This document shows, piece by piece, positions 25,790 through 38,712 of a DNA stretch of 64,000 bases (the stretch's first letter is position 1; every line of letters begins with the position of its first letter). Under the pieces are notes generated by a model that was not told the origin of the DNA, did no database searches, and worked only from the letters and a program-made list of their open reading frames with translations. The position numbers were made by a program, and so were the translations under genes. The stretch comes from Chara braunii (lineage: Eukaryota > Plantae > Charophyceae): NCBI GenBank assembly GCA_003427395.1, contig BFEA01000030.1, positions 926,418 through 990,417 of the forward strand. Reading direction: 5' to 3'.

Positions 25790-26520
25790 GCCCCCATGGT
25801 TATCGCCGCCACCGTCGTCGTAATTGTTGTCGTTCTTGTTGCTACTACTGTTGTCGTTGTAGATGTTGTTGTTGTTGTTGCTGTTGTTGTCACCATCGTT
25901 GTTGTTGACAGTGTCATCGTTCTCCCCCTCCTCCTCTTTTTCCCCCAGTCCCTGATCACCATCGTTGTTTTCGTTACTGGTGTTGTTGTTGTTGACATCA
26001 TCGTTCTTATTGTTGTTGTTATCCTCCTTCACGCCCGTCTGAGCCAGTTCGCTCAGTCACCGCTCGCCGTCGTTATTGTTGTTGTTGTCGTTGTTATTGT
26101 CACTCATTCCACCCTTCATGTCAATTGCACCCTTTCCTTGCCTGTCGTCGTCACCCATCCCACCCTTCTCGTCAATCTCACCCCTTCCTTGCCTCTCATC
26201 TACCACAACCACCACCTCTGCCCTACACCCCTGTTCCACCTCCATTATTGTTGTTGTTGATATTATTATTGTTACTATTGTTGTATTCACCACTCCTGCT
26301 TTTGTCACTGCCGTCGTCACTGCTTTTGCCGCTGTTTCCACCAATGCCAATAGCCCCCACTCCCCTTCCCACTCACCTGCATTACCATCGACTACCCTCT
26401 CATCATCAACCTCCCACTCACATGCGTCATCAGTGGCATAATCCCTCTCTCCATCACTTGCGGCACCCTCATCCTCTACCGGATAAGAGAGTGTCATCAA
26501 GTTAACCCACCTCTCTCCTG
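25790..26520. repeat. GTT/GTC trinucleotide low-complexity tract
   Basis: Degenerate (GTT)n producing poly-V/N/T ORFs on both strands. Confidence 0.75.
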
Positions 26521-27589
26521 CCCCTACCTCATGCTCGTCGCTCTCACACCCATCAACATCACAACTCGTCTCACTTTCAAAATCCTAACTCTCACACACA
26601 ACGCAGAGGTTTGTAAGGTAGCGGGACATGTGAAAATCATCATCCTGCTCACCTTTAGTATCCTCTGCAAGCAAGAGGTGTCTTCATTATGGAGGAGCAT
26701 ATCCTTTAGTGGAACTGCTCCCAGTTGTAGCCCCCCCTCCATCTCCATCCCACAATCAGATTGTTGCGTCATCTATTGCGATTCATTGTCGTACTTCACA
26801 GCTGGCGCTACCCCTGCCCCCGCGTCATGGACGCACATGTCTCCTACAGCGGATGCCACTAATTGAAGGTGTGGGAGATATTTCTTGAGCGATGGTTAAT
26901 TTATAGGCAAAAAAATCGGGGGGGGTTGTCGCATCACCACAAGCAATGTCGTCTAAAATTTCGCGAGCAAAAAATGCAGTCTCGTACTACAAACTATAAA
27001 AAAAGTTCAAAAAACAAACAGGAAAAAAAAAAAAAAAAAACTTCAAAGCATTTTAAAAAACCATTAGGAGGAGTTTTTGGAGTACGTATTGGTTCAAATA
27101 CATTGAAACTGAATAGAGATATACCATAAAACACGTACATATCACACACGAAAAAAAAAGAAACACAAAAGAAAAATTCAATGAAATATGACAGTTTTCG
27201 TGAAATGTATACCGAAAATGACAGTGAGTGTCTTGAGGAGATTGGTCTGTCCATGTCCAAATGAGTCGCAAATGGGAGTTGCATGTCGAACGTTTCCTAT
27301 AGCTTCTCGTATGCCTCGAATTCAGAGTCTTGCACCTCTGACGTGCGATAGGAAGTAAGAATATCATGAAAGTAGTATCTGTAGATCTATCCTTTGGTTC
27401 AAACGCGTCGAATGGATGGTCCAGCTCTACTAGGACAATCGTTTAAAATTTTCCTTCGGCATTATTTTCCCCACCTCGATCTACTTGACTTTTTCTCTCC
27501 CCGCCCATATTTCCTTCTTTTCAACACGTAGGTTCGACAACGTGTCCGTCCAAATACTACGTTGCTTATACTAGTATAGATTTAGGGTT

Positions 27590-28600
27590 GGGTCCATTCC
27601 TCTTTTTCCTTTCGCCTACTGAACTTTGGTTGTTATCTCCATCTCTTCCTTCTTTGAGTTGTATACTTTTATCCTTGAGGCGAAATTCAAGGAGGCATCC
27701 ACTAATTTATTAGCAGTCTTTAACCACACTTTTTTTATGGAGAAATAATATTTGAAATATTTCAAATTGCTTATAAAAACCTAAATAGACGTCACTGCGT
27801 TTTTGTCCTTTAGGATTTCTGTATTTAGTCAGAAATACCTTTTACCCCTTCAAGTTGTTACATTTTTTTATGGGACCAAGATGGTGACTACAGGTTTGTG
27901 GTTTGAAAAAGGGCTGAAAGAAATTTTGACCTATATTAACCAATCAAACGGTTTTCCCCCAAGGAGGAAAACATCCAAGCGTAAAAAAATCTAAGCGTAA
28001 CTTAGTACGTGAGTTATTAGCCCTAACATTAGGAAAGATCTATGCGTATTGTTGTGTATCTAAATGTAGTAAACCGAAATGTTATACAAGATTTTGACTT
28101 CCAATAAAGCTTTGGAATCGCTCCTCATTGGATCACTGCCGAAGAGTCAACTTGAAGCATGGGGTTAATAATAATATGCAATCCCCTCCGCCCCCACCAT
28201 ATTATCTGAATTTGGTATAATGTGTAGGAGGGTGTCAACACATTGCAGTTTTTCGCTCTTGAGAACTGACGCATACACGGACATGAAGGTGCAAACTGTC
28301 CTCTCCACTAATATGGTGACTCAAACCCAGTGTCCCAGAGAATCAACAAAGTCATTAAGATGGGTGAACTTCCAAATGCTTGTTGATCGAAATAGCGGTG
28401 CCCTCCTTTGTTTTGTCTGCAGGAGCCCCATACTAAAGGTCTTGTCATCGCCATTTATTGTTTTCGGTCTTATCCTCATCCAATTTTGTTATCTGAATGA
28501 GTAAGATATCTATCCTTTCCTGGAGAATCAAGACTTTCAACCTGAGCCACTTATGACCATCACTACTATCCCCCAACCTACGGACATTCCATATCCCTCA
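27590..28600 (-). mobile_element. LINE ORF2 apurinic-like endonuclease (APE) domain and linker, decayed
   Basis: Minus-strand motifs in correct order: GIWNVRRLG, RIDILLIQITKL, GTAISIN, FVDSLGHWV, SVYA, KLRLDFF, FSNHKPV. Confidence 0.82.
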
Positions 28601-29019
28601 TATGAGTTTATACACTTAGCTTTGTGCCTCTCAGTTTTGGATAAGGGAAATGCTCGGGATTAGGAAGCGAGAAACATTTTTACCTACCTTACCTACGTCA
28701 TTACTTTTTCTTCTGTTGGGGTGGGGAAACCCACCTCGTTTTCCTCTTCTATCAACATACACCCTACCATCTTCACCTGAACTAACTCATGAGTGTTATA
28801 TTCAACTTACCAAAAAAAAGTCAGATTTTTTGTTTCACTAACATTTTTTTAAATAGAGCGTCCCTTCAAATATAACGCACGAGCATTATATTCAAATAGA
28901 ATGTCAACGTCTATGAGATATATTGAAATAGAATGTCTGGTCGTTATATTTTAATGTTTCATGAGCAGAGTGGCTTGTAGAGGTCGCCCAGTCGCAAACA
29001 ACTCTTCAAAATACAGAGG

Positions 29020-29525
29020 AGAACATCGATCAAGACAAATTTTGTTGTCGCAGACGAACTCCTATATTTTAGAAAAGAACATCGATCAAGACGGTTACCC
29101 CGCCACAAACGAACTCGTCTATTTTAGAAGAGAACACTGATCAAAACGATGACCCCTCCGCAGATGAACTCCTCTCCATTAGAAGAAAATGTCGATCAAA
29201 ACAGTTTTCCTTGTCGCAGGCAAGTTCCTCTCTACTTCAAATTGAGAACAAAATGTTGATCAAGACATGTCGCTCTACCTCAAACGAACTACTCTCCATA
29301 AATCTTTGAAAATAATTTGATCAAGACAGATTGTTCTGCCGCAGATATACCCTTAAAAAATCTAAAAGAACTCTTATCAAAGCAGGTCTCCCTGCCGCAG
29401 ATGGACTCCTCTCCATTCCATTCTTGAAGAGAAGGTTGATCAAAACGAGTTGCCCTGTCCCAAACCTACTCCTCAAATTTCATTTAATGACAAAAATGAA
29501 GGAGAACGACATTTAAGACAGGTCG
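29020..29525. repeat. ~55-60-bp degenerate minisatellite, about 9 units
   Basis: Recurrent gatcaa(g/a)ac....cgcaga.gaactcct core. Confidence 0.75.
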
Positions 29526-30565
29526 TCCTATCACATACGAACTTCTTTATTGACATGCGTCGCGATATGTTATTACAGTGAAATTTACTATACTTTATAT
29601 CATGTCAAATATTGTCGATCTTTCTATCACATTTTGTGATATGCGCCGAAGAGTGGTGTAATCCTCTTCAAGGGATAACATCTCGACATCAAGCCTCGCT
29701 TTAGATTCGAACCTCACCACATTCCTTCCGATTACGGTGCTTTAAATACTCAGCAATTTATATGTATGAACAGTGTAGCCCAACCCTTACTAAGTCCCAT
29801 GTGAGTTATCAACTCACCTTCTTTCCCAACAAGGCAGACTTAGTAAAAATAATGGAATTTGGGTGGTAAATCCAAACCCAACGTTTTTAGCGATAACTAC
29901 CCCGACCACTAACAAAATTGATGAGCACCTTCCACACCTTCACCCCTTTCAGTGATATAGTGTGGATTTCCTTCCTTAAACTACATAAGAACCGGACGAC
30001 AACATCCCATTATGGATCCGGAGTATAACTCCGGTGCAAGTCTCACTATCACCTACAGAGCTCACAGTTTTATCACAAAAGCACCATGACATGATAGCAA
30101 ACGAGATTTCAAAGTTATAATGCTAAATATATAACTCAAATACATATCTTATGGATAAAGAATGTTTTTAAAAATACACATCTAAATTTACTGATTGCAC
30201 TGCTATGATTATCATATTCACAGGGCAAGCACGCCACCATCTCGACCAAGAGTTAGGTTGATCTAAAGAAGAGATCACATATTTCTTCTTTTATCCACGA
30301 TAGTAAATACAATTAAAAAATGTAACAATATGAGTCATGAGGCAGAACGTGAATCAAAAGTTTCTTTGAATATGATCATGTAGACATCTTAAACAGTGTT
30401 ACACAAATAATATTGAATATAGTGAACTTCAACAAACTTAAATCAAAATATTTATAGAATGGTCTCACCCAAATTATGTTTATGAGAGGATGAAAATATA
30501 AAAAGTCATGATCCCATGCAAAATTACAGAGTTTGGTTAAAACATCAAACAAGAAATTAAACGTC

Positions 30566-32551
30566 TTATTTTTTGTCGACTTTCGAACCCGTATACCTAC
30601 TCAAAGTATGTCCGGCTCCACCACACCTTTTACACACAATGTTCTTCCAATACTCTCTCCCCCTCTTCGTTCGCTGCCATTGTTGACCTTGAGACACTAA
30701 CTTGCAACACTCCTCCTCATGAGCAGTTGGCGTCGAGAGGTCATTTAAACAAATCTGCCGACATTTTTTACTTATAACATGTCGATCAGGGTTGTCGAGC
30801 ACCGGCCCCGGGGCGCCGGCGGGGGTCTAGGGGTCCGGGGGTGGGCACCCCCAACCTCGGCTCCGGCGCACTTTCCCCCCCCCCAAAAAAAAAAATCAAC
30901 ATAAATCAAAATAAATCAAAATAAAATAAAATAAAAAAATAGTGGGGGGTGCGCAACGAGAGCGCGCACCCCGTGGGCTAAACCCCAAAAATAGGGTTTC
31001 ATGCCCCATCTCGGACCCCCCCAGGCCACACCCACCACTGGGGGGACCGGGGTAGCTGCGGGTGCGGGGCCGGGGGCGGGGTTGTGTGTTGGCCGGGGTA
31101 GAGATGTGGGGCGTGGGGCTCGGGGCGGGTGCGAAGGTGGGCCCGGGGATCGNNNNNNNNNNNNNNNNNNNNNNNNNNNNNNNNNNNNNNNNNNNNNNNN
31201 NNNNNNNNNNNNNNNNNNNNNNNNNNNNNNNNNNNNNNNNNNNNNNNNNNNNNNNNNNNNNNNNNNNNNNNNNNNNNNNNNNNNNNNNNNNNNNNNNNNN
31301 NNNNNNNNNNNNNNNNNNNNNNNNNNNNNNNNNNNNNNNNNNNNNNNNNNNNNNNNNNNNNNNNNNNNNNNNNNNNNNNNNNNNNNNNNNNNNNNNNNNN
31401 NNNNNNNNNNNNNNNNNNNNNNNNNNNNNNNNNNNNNNNNNNNNNNNNNNNNNNNNNNNNNNNNNNNNNNNNNNNNNNNNNNNNNNNNNNNNNNNNNNNN
31501 NNNNNNNNNNNNNNNNNNNNNNNNNNNNNNNNNNNNNNNNNNNNNNNNNNNNNNNNNNNNNNNNNNNNNNNNNNNNNNNNNNNNNNNNNNNNNNNNNNNN
31601 NNNNNNNNNNNNNNNNNNNNNNNNNNNNNNNNNNNNNNNNNNNNNNNNNNNNNNNNNNNNNNNNNNNNNNNNNNNNNNNNNNNNNNNNNNNNNNNNNNNN
31701 NNNNNNNNNNNNNNNNNNNNNNGGCGGGGGTCCGGGGGTGAAACCCCTGCCCCGGCATGGGCCCCGGGAATCCCCGCGTGACAACGCTGATGTCAATCCA
31801 CCATTGGTTGTTCACTTCCTTGCTTTTCTCGTTGATGATCATGATGTAAGCCCGTCTGAATGTCTTCCATTATTCCTCTCACTTCTGAGAGCATTGAAAT
31901 GCGGGTTCAATCCCTCTTGCTTTTATTATTTCGACTTTCCCTCTCAGACTATAGCAAGCGGATCTGCAGACGAATGATCTCATCAAAGTTCCCGTTGTTG
32001 AAATTTGAAGGGATCCTCGCCCAATCTGACTTGCTGGTTACCCCACGGATAAGCTCCTTCTGCTCTGCCTCTGGAAATTTTGCGAGGAAAGTAAGACATT
32101 TCTCTTTATCTGTTAAACCCTGTATCCAATGAGCAGTCCTTTCATAGTCAATAAGAAACTTTTCTTGTACTACGTACGCATCCCGCTGGACATTCTTCAA
32201 ATTCTCTAATGTCGTTATTTTATTCCCGAGCCAAAACTTCTCTAACATGGTGTCTCAAAAATCCGACCATGTTGATGCTTCGGCTATTTTCTGGACTACA
32301 TCCACAAGATCGTTTTTAACATATCTGAGCACTCGTCGCAACATTTTATGATCATCCCAATTATTGATGGATGTAAGTTGCTCAAATTTCTCCAGAAAAG
32401 TGAAAACAAACTTGTCATCGAAAAGAGAAACTTCTACTACCGGCATACTTTCCACCTCCATATTTCTCTGTTGTAGGAGATGAACTATCCTTTGGAGATT
32501 CGATATATCTCTACCTTGATGGTCACCTTCGCTTCCACTCGCTGCGTCCAT
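30566..32551 (-). mobile_element. LTR-retrotransposon gag-like ORF (copy B) with decayed zinc knuckle, interrupted by a hAT insertion
   Basis: EVSLFDDKFVFTFLEKFEQL..WDDHKML..STWSDF*..MLEKF; C-terminal CKRCGGAGHTLSRY (CX2CX4HX4C with last C lost); the frame rejoins after removing 30787-31789. Confidence 0.7.
30787..31789. mobile_element. Non-autonomous hAT-type DNA transposon, GC-rich, with internal N gap
   Basis: TIR cagggttgtc / gacaacgctg; 8-bp TSD atgtcgat (30779-30786) / atgtcaat (31790-31797). Confidence 0.8.
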
Positions 32552-32789
32552 TTCTTCTGGCCATAATAAAAAAGCGGGTGAAACATCAATCTAACTTTAA
32601 ACAGTCTAATTTGATTCCTTAATCCTACTCCACATTCGCTCAATTATAACATCCCTAATACTATATTATCCCCTTCAAGCATGATGATAGGGGAGTTAAT
32701 CCAGTCAAACCAGATTCCTTCTCCATCTCTACTAACGATACGCTTTTCAACATTCAATTTGAAGCGTCTACAAAACTTTATACCATGAC

Positions 32790-33856
32790 CTGTGTGTCCG
32801 ACATTAGATTCAATGCGGGTTCCACATTGAATAATTCAACGACCATTCAATTCCGTTGAATTCCCCGTTTAAACGCTGAAACAACGGGTTTCACCGGGAC
32901 CCGCGGTGCTTTTTTCATGGGCTAAAAATTATCAAAAAATAATAATTAAAAAAATATGGGGTTGTAGATCTTTTTGAGGTCTACAACCTTATATTTTTTA
33001 ATTTTATGTTTTTTTTTAGCTTTGACAATATTTTAAAAAAATCAAAAACATCAACACAATAAAAAAAAANNNNNNNNNNNNNNNNNNNNNNNNNNNNNNN
33101 NNNNNNNNNNNNNNNNNNNNNNNNNNNNNNNNNNNNNNNNNNNNNNNNNNNNNNNNNNNNNNNNNNNNNNNNNNNNNNNNNNNNNNNNNNNNNNNNNNNN
33201 NNNNNNNNNNNNNNNNNNNNNNNNNNNNNNNNNNNNNNNNNNNNNNNNNNNNNNNNNNNNNNNNNNNNNNNNNNNNNNNNNNNNNNNNNNNNNNNNNNNN
33301 NNNNNNNNNNNNNNNNNNNNNNNNNNNNNNNNNNNNNNNNNNNNNNNACACACAACACACACAAACACACGTAAACACACACACACATAATCACAAACAC
33401 ATGCGCATACATACATATCAATGCACAAACACTCTCAGTCACTCGCACACAGGCACACACATACACACAAACGCACACACAACACACCTGCACACACATA
33501 ACTGGGGGCCTTGGGGGTTGGGGGATGTGGGGGCAGATAGTTTAGAGGGCTTCTGGGTAGGCTTGGGGACTGGTGCTGAGGGGTTGGTCAGTGGTTTGTG
33601 GCAGGCCGGTCGGTGTTGGTCTTATTCGGTGGTATAAGAGGTGCTTCGAACGTTGGGGGAATGTTTTTTTTGGTTTTTTAGTGGGGCGCAGGTGCCTAGG
33701 GCCACGTGTTCCGGACCTCACGCATCAATTTTGTTTCTCCGAAAAGCGAGGGAGCAACCCATTTTTGCGTTTAACGGGAATTCAATGGGATTTTTTCAGT
33801 TTCAATGGGATTCAACGGAAGTTTAATTCCCCCGTTCCCCGTTAAAAAGATACACA
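32790..33856. mobile_element. Non-autonomous DNA transposon with subterminal inverted repeats
   Basis: Flanking direct repeat taccatgac (32781, 33857); attccgttgaattccccgtttaaacgc inverted against gcgtttaacgggaattcaatgggat. Confidence 0.6.
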
Positions 33857-34065
33857 TACCATGACTTTTCAAACCACAACAAACACATTTCAAAAATTTA
33901 TAGTAATCTAAAGTTCACCTGATCCTTTCTTTCCTACTTAACTGTTCGCCTTGTATCGGGTGGGTGACTTGATATCCAAAGTGGTCAGAATACCTCCCCG
34001 AGATTCACATGGTCTGATGCTTTCAACGCCCCTGTCTCGACGACTGGGTCCTTGACCCCCTTGAA

Positions 34066-34600
34066 CTAACTTACGTAAAATCGTTCAACCTTAATGAGCT
34101 TATGGTGATGTTTTGACTGATTGCTCTTACTATCATCGTCACTACCGGAATCTCCTTCCTTCCTCTTCTTTTTTTTATCTCGGCCTTCGGGCGACTCAGA
34201 AAACGTAGCAATCACCAGTCTCTCGAAATGGTTCCAACTTGTGGCTTCAGAGACCAACTTTGTTACATCATCACGCACGTCTATATGCATCCATGACATC
34301 ACTATTTTCAACATCGTATGCTCACTCCACTAATGAGCAGCACCCAATTGCTCGAAAGTTGAAAGAAATTATACAACATTATCTTCATTGAAAATCGACA
34401 CCTCGATCTTAGGAGTTGCAGCCGCACCTTTCGATCTTGCACGTCTATATACACCCATGACATCACTATTTCAACATCGTCTGCTCACTCCACTGTTGAG
34501 CAGCAGCCAATTACTCAAAAGTTGAAAGAACTTATACAACATTGTCTTCATTGAAAATTGGTGTCTCGGTCTTAGGAGTTGCAGCCAGTCTTTCGATCTT
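34066..34600 (-). mobile_element. gag-like ORF (copy A), decayed, with an internal ~165-bp tandem duplication
   Basis: PKIEVSIFNEDNVV*FLSTFEQLGAAH*WSEHTMLKIVMSWMHIDVRDDVTKLVSEATSWNHF aligns with copy B. Confidence 0.65.
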
Positions 34601-34629
34601 ATCTCCGAGGTAGTCGTAACGGCGCTACC

Positions 34630-35675
34630 TGTCTAGAGTTTTGGCGCTCGTTTTTTTCGCAAAAGGCGAAAGCTCTCCCCGCCATGTCACGCATGAGTTA
34701 AACAAAAACAAAACAAGAGACAACTCGGAAACGACGCACAATAACCCCGCAAACCGTCGAGATGAGCGCGGTTGCGTCGTCCCTTCGCCACTCTAACCGA
34801 GTGCGCCAGTTGTACTTCTTGCGGTCCCCTTCGACAGGATAGGTTCTCGCGGGGCACAAGTTACCTTCCCTAAGGGGTTGTCACCACCCTTAGGGACGTA
34901 TCCCTACCGAGGTATTGACCCACACACGAAAGTTTTTAGATGCAATCGCATAGGTAGATACACAAAGACTGTTATTGGACTTACTACCTTCCGTCATCTC
35001 GTTGTGAGAAGATTAACCTGCAAGCAATAAGGCGTAAAGGTAAGAAGTCAAAATGACTTGCAAGGCCTATCAAATATCAACCTATAAAATCGATGTCAAA
35101 TTTTCATATTGTTCGTCGAGGTGAGCGGAAGATGATCAATTCATACCTTGTCCTTTAAGGAAGTAACATTAATAAAAGAAGATAGATCTCTCTATCTTTT
35201 AAAGGCAGGTTTGATAACGGATCGTCATCATACATTTTCAAAAGATGTCAGTTTTGAATCAAAGGCATTTAATAAAATATCTGAGTGTCGTTCCACCAGG
35301 GACAACGATAAGTCGTCGTTATCCCCATCAACGACGTCACTTGTCTAGAGCTTTGGCTCCCGCCTTTTTCGCAAAAGACGAGAGCCCTCCCCGCCATGTA
35401 ACGCAAGAGTTAAACAAAAACAAAACAAGAGACAACTCGAGAATGACGCAAAATAACCCCGCAGACCGTGGAGATGGGCGCGGCTGCATCGTCCCTTCGC
35501 CGCTCTAGCCGAGTGCGTCAGTTATACTTCATGCAGTCCCCTTCGACATGATAGGTTCCAGTGGGGCACAACTTACCTTCCCTGAGGGATTGTCACCACC
35601 CTTAGGGATGTATCCTTACTGAGCTACTGACCCACGTACAAAAGTTTTTAGATGCAATCGCATAGGTAAATACAC
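34630..35675 (-). repeat. Two ~335-bp direct repeats (34630-34963, 35342-35675), each an LTR end plus PBS plus leader
   Basis: gtctagag...gatgcaatcgcataggta.atacac repeated at 712-bp spacing. Confidence 0.8.
34797..34808 (-). promoter_or_regulatory. Putative tRNA primer-binding site
   Basis: Minus strand reads ...aagtaCA-ac-TGGCGCACTCGG (LTR-like CA end, then TGG) upstream of the gag-like ORF; decayed second copy at 35509-35520. Confidence 0.55.
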
Positions 35676-36084
35676 TTAGTTAATGCCAGGCGGACTCAAG
35701 CATCGTCCATTCGTTAGGGCACTAATCTCCTAAGTACAATGCGTACGTCGGTCGACTGGATGGTCTCAACCAAACAGATTTGTCAGCTATTTTGTCTTGA
35801 TAAATTAAGCAAATAAAAACATTAAAAATAGCTAATTTATCACACCATAAATAGGTAAACCACACAAAAATTGAAACCAAATGTCTAGAGGAGTTTTAAA
35901 AAATTACTATTAAGACTGAAAAAATAAAAAAGAACGACTATTTTTTATGAAAAGTCATTCATTCCAGCCTACCGCCGACCTAAGATTAGACATGATCGGA
36001 TTTATCTCCATACATTTATAATATTCTCGGATGGCAGGCTGCTTTACGAATGATTCTTGATTAGGTGCATTACTTGAAGTATTG

Positions 36085-36545
36085 CATGTCTCTCCATCTA
36101 GGAAGTGGTCAAGGGTATTCCTCCTCGCCTGATCACAAAACTCGGATCTCGAAAATCGGGTCATCTCCATCGAATCGATAAAGTACCCCTTCATAAAACA
36201 GTNCATTCTGGGTCGATAACATGGCCGACTCCTAAAGCAACGAACCCCCATTCCAGATACTCCTTGGAGAAAGAGAATGTGTCCATTGCGAGTAACTTTN
36301 AGTTATTATCATTTCTTCTAAATTTGCATGTCTCTCCATCTAGGAAGTGGTCAAGGGTATTCCTCCTCGCCTGAGCACAAAACTCGGATCTCGAAAATCG
36401 GGTCATCTCCATCGAATCGATAAAGTACCCCTTCATAAAACAGTCCATTCTGGGTCGATAACATGGCCGACTCCTAAAGCAACGAACCCCCATTCCAGAT
36501 ACTCCTTGGAGAAAGAGAATGTGTCCATTGCGAGTAACTTTTAGT
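36085..36545. repeat. Near-identical ~240-bp tandem duplication with single-n joints, likely a gap-filling artefact
   Basis: gcatgtctctccatctaggaag...gcgagtaactt twice; n at 36203 and 36300. Confidence 0.7.
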
Positions 36546-38666
36546 TATTATCATTTCTTCTAAGTTCAGGGTAACTTGGAAGAAAAAAAATCGAAAGAGA
36601 ATGAAAATCATTTGAACAGGTATAAGTAGATAAGGTCATTCGGGATATAACTAAGTTCATTCGGGTAACTTGGACGAAAAACTAAGTTTATTTGACCTTA
36701 TCTGCTTTATTTCAATCGAATATGTTTTACGGTATACACAGAATTAACGTTTTTCGTAACAACGAATCTCTTTTGACATGAAGACAAGTGAGAAGTAAAA
36801 GGAAGACAACCATTTTCTCTTTTGTCAAATAGGCATAATCAATCTCCTTTGCAAGCATTTTTTTATCTACTTGCACAGAACGCAAAAGAGACAAATTCAA
36901 ACGAACCAGTACAGTCTCAAACTCAAGTCAGGCTTTTTCATTCACATGCATGACTCGCACAACTTTTCTCTACCTTTTCTTTGAACATTCAAACCGAACA
37001 GGGTCAAGCAAAGTGTGGGTTCAGACAGGTGGGAAGGAAAATTTGAGTCAATTAACTAACCTTGAGTGGAGTTTGATCCGGCTCACTCAAGAAAGTCGAG
37101 TAATATTTCAAATTTAAAAAGATGATCGTCGTTGAAGTCCGAAGTATGATGTCCATAACTCCCTCAGTTGTAGTCGTACCACTGAGAGACGGCCCACGTC
37201 TAGAAGTTGGGCTCGCTGAAGCGACCTAAGTGGGGTAAACCTCAAAAGAGGATGTACTCGAAATTAAGTCTCACGCAATTCCGGCGTCCCAACGGCACCA
37301 CGTCCCCCAAGGATGGTCCCAAAACAAGCAACAGGCCAAAGCCTCTTCCTATCACTGCGTCTGACCCCGACTCGGTCCCACTTGGTCCCAAAATGGTCCC
37401 AAGTGGTCTCGGGCGGTCCCACACCATCGCCCTCAATACCGAATCATCCCAAATATCAATATTGCTTGCACCGTGCACTGCAAAAAAAAAATAAAGGTGA
37501 CCCCCAACGTTAAATCGCAAGTACCGCAAGCCCCAACAATCACTGTGTGCACTCACTCCATATCGCGTTATCAGTCCACGCACCAATATTGCACAGTCCA
37601 AGTACGCACTAGTGCCACAAAAAACACAACAGCGGACCACCACTCATCACGCCATCAACCAGTACCATGGCTGCCCCACACCACCACCGCCGGATCATAC
37701 AAAAAAAAAAATGGCTCCACCGCAATGCAAAATATCGGCAACATTTTCCCTCACAATAGTGTCGTCGACGCGCCTTCAATCGGACAGCATAACCTTAGCA
37801 AAAATAATGCTGCTACTGCCAAACGTACAACATTTCGCCACTGTTCAGCGTTGTTGGACGCGCCGCAAACTCCGCAGCATAATACTTGTAAAAAAATATA
37901 TAATGTCGATGTCGTACAATTCCAGTAGTAGAACCCTACTAAATGGGGTATGCCATGCCGTGTCGTTGGCCCTTGGCGCAGCCTCACTGCCACAATGTGG
38001 AACAATGACCCGGCCCCAACAAAGAAGGGCCGGCTGGCGCAGCACCAGCCTAACGCTGAGGCATAATGACCCCAACGTTGGCTATGGCTGCCCCTCTCCT
38101 CACTCCTGTTGACCGCAAGTGCCTTCACCTTCTCCAACAGCATCTCCTCACAACAGCAGACAACCAGCACTCACACAAGTGAATGCCCCAGCAACACTGC
38201 CACAATTGTGAGGCTGCTGGGTGGAATGCTGGATTTTATAGCTGCTGATCAACACTTCTTCACCCAGGTGAAAATCGTAACTCACCTGGGGCCCTTGATC
38301 TGGGCCAACATCAAGGGTCTAGTGCGGCCGCAGCACAACCTCACACTTAGGGAGGCAGTTACTTTCAACTGCCTCCTTTTTACTTTCCCCTTTTCCCCCG
38401 TACCCAACATTTTTTCAGTGCAAGTACATTGAAGAAGTGGTTGTACTCAGCCACTCTTCTACTTGACCTTTCAACTTACAGACCCGGTCTGAGTGGTCAC
38501 ACTCAAACCAGTAGGCTTGTATCTGGGTCATAACCGCGGCCACATTCGCAGCCGTTACCCCTTCCCCTTCGTTTTTTTTCTCTTCTCTTTTTCCTTTTTT
38601 TTCGATTTCCTCGGGAAAAGCAACTCATTTTTTTTTTAAAGAAACGAGCAGTCACCCTTCCCCCTG

Positions 38667-38712
38667 CATTTCACATGGTCGAACTAGAGTCAAGCTCACG
38701 AGGTTTTCCCCC
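38667..38712 (-). pseudogene. Short 25S/28S rRNA-derived fragment (3' half of LSU)
   Basis: catttcacatggtcgaactagagtcaagctca vs LSU antisense CATTTCACAAAGTCGGACTAGAGTCAAGCTCA. Confidence 0.6.

Noticed and set aside
25439-26505. Long ORFs with poly-V/N/T stretches
   Set aside because: By-products of the trinucleotide low-complexity tract
30916-31977. Long ORFs spanning N runs (also at 9.0-9.7 kb and 33.0-33.5 kb)
   Set aside because: Open only because of assembly gaps
37068-37086. ggagtttgatccggctca resembling the 16S rRNA 5' end
   Set aside because: No continuing rRNA similarity; lies in a short local hairpin; probably chance
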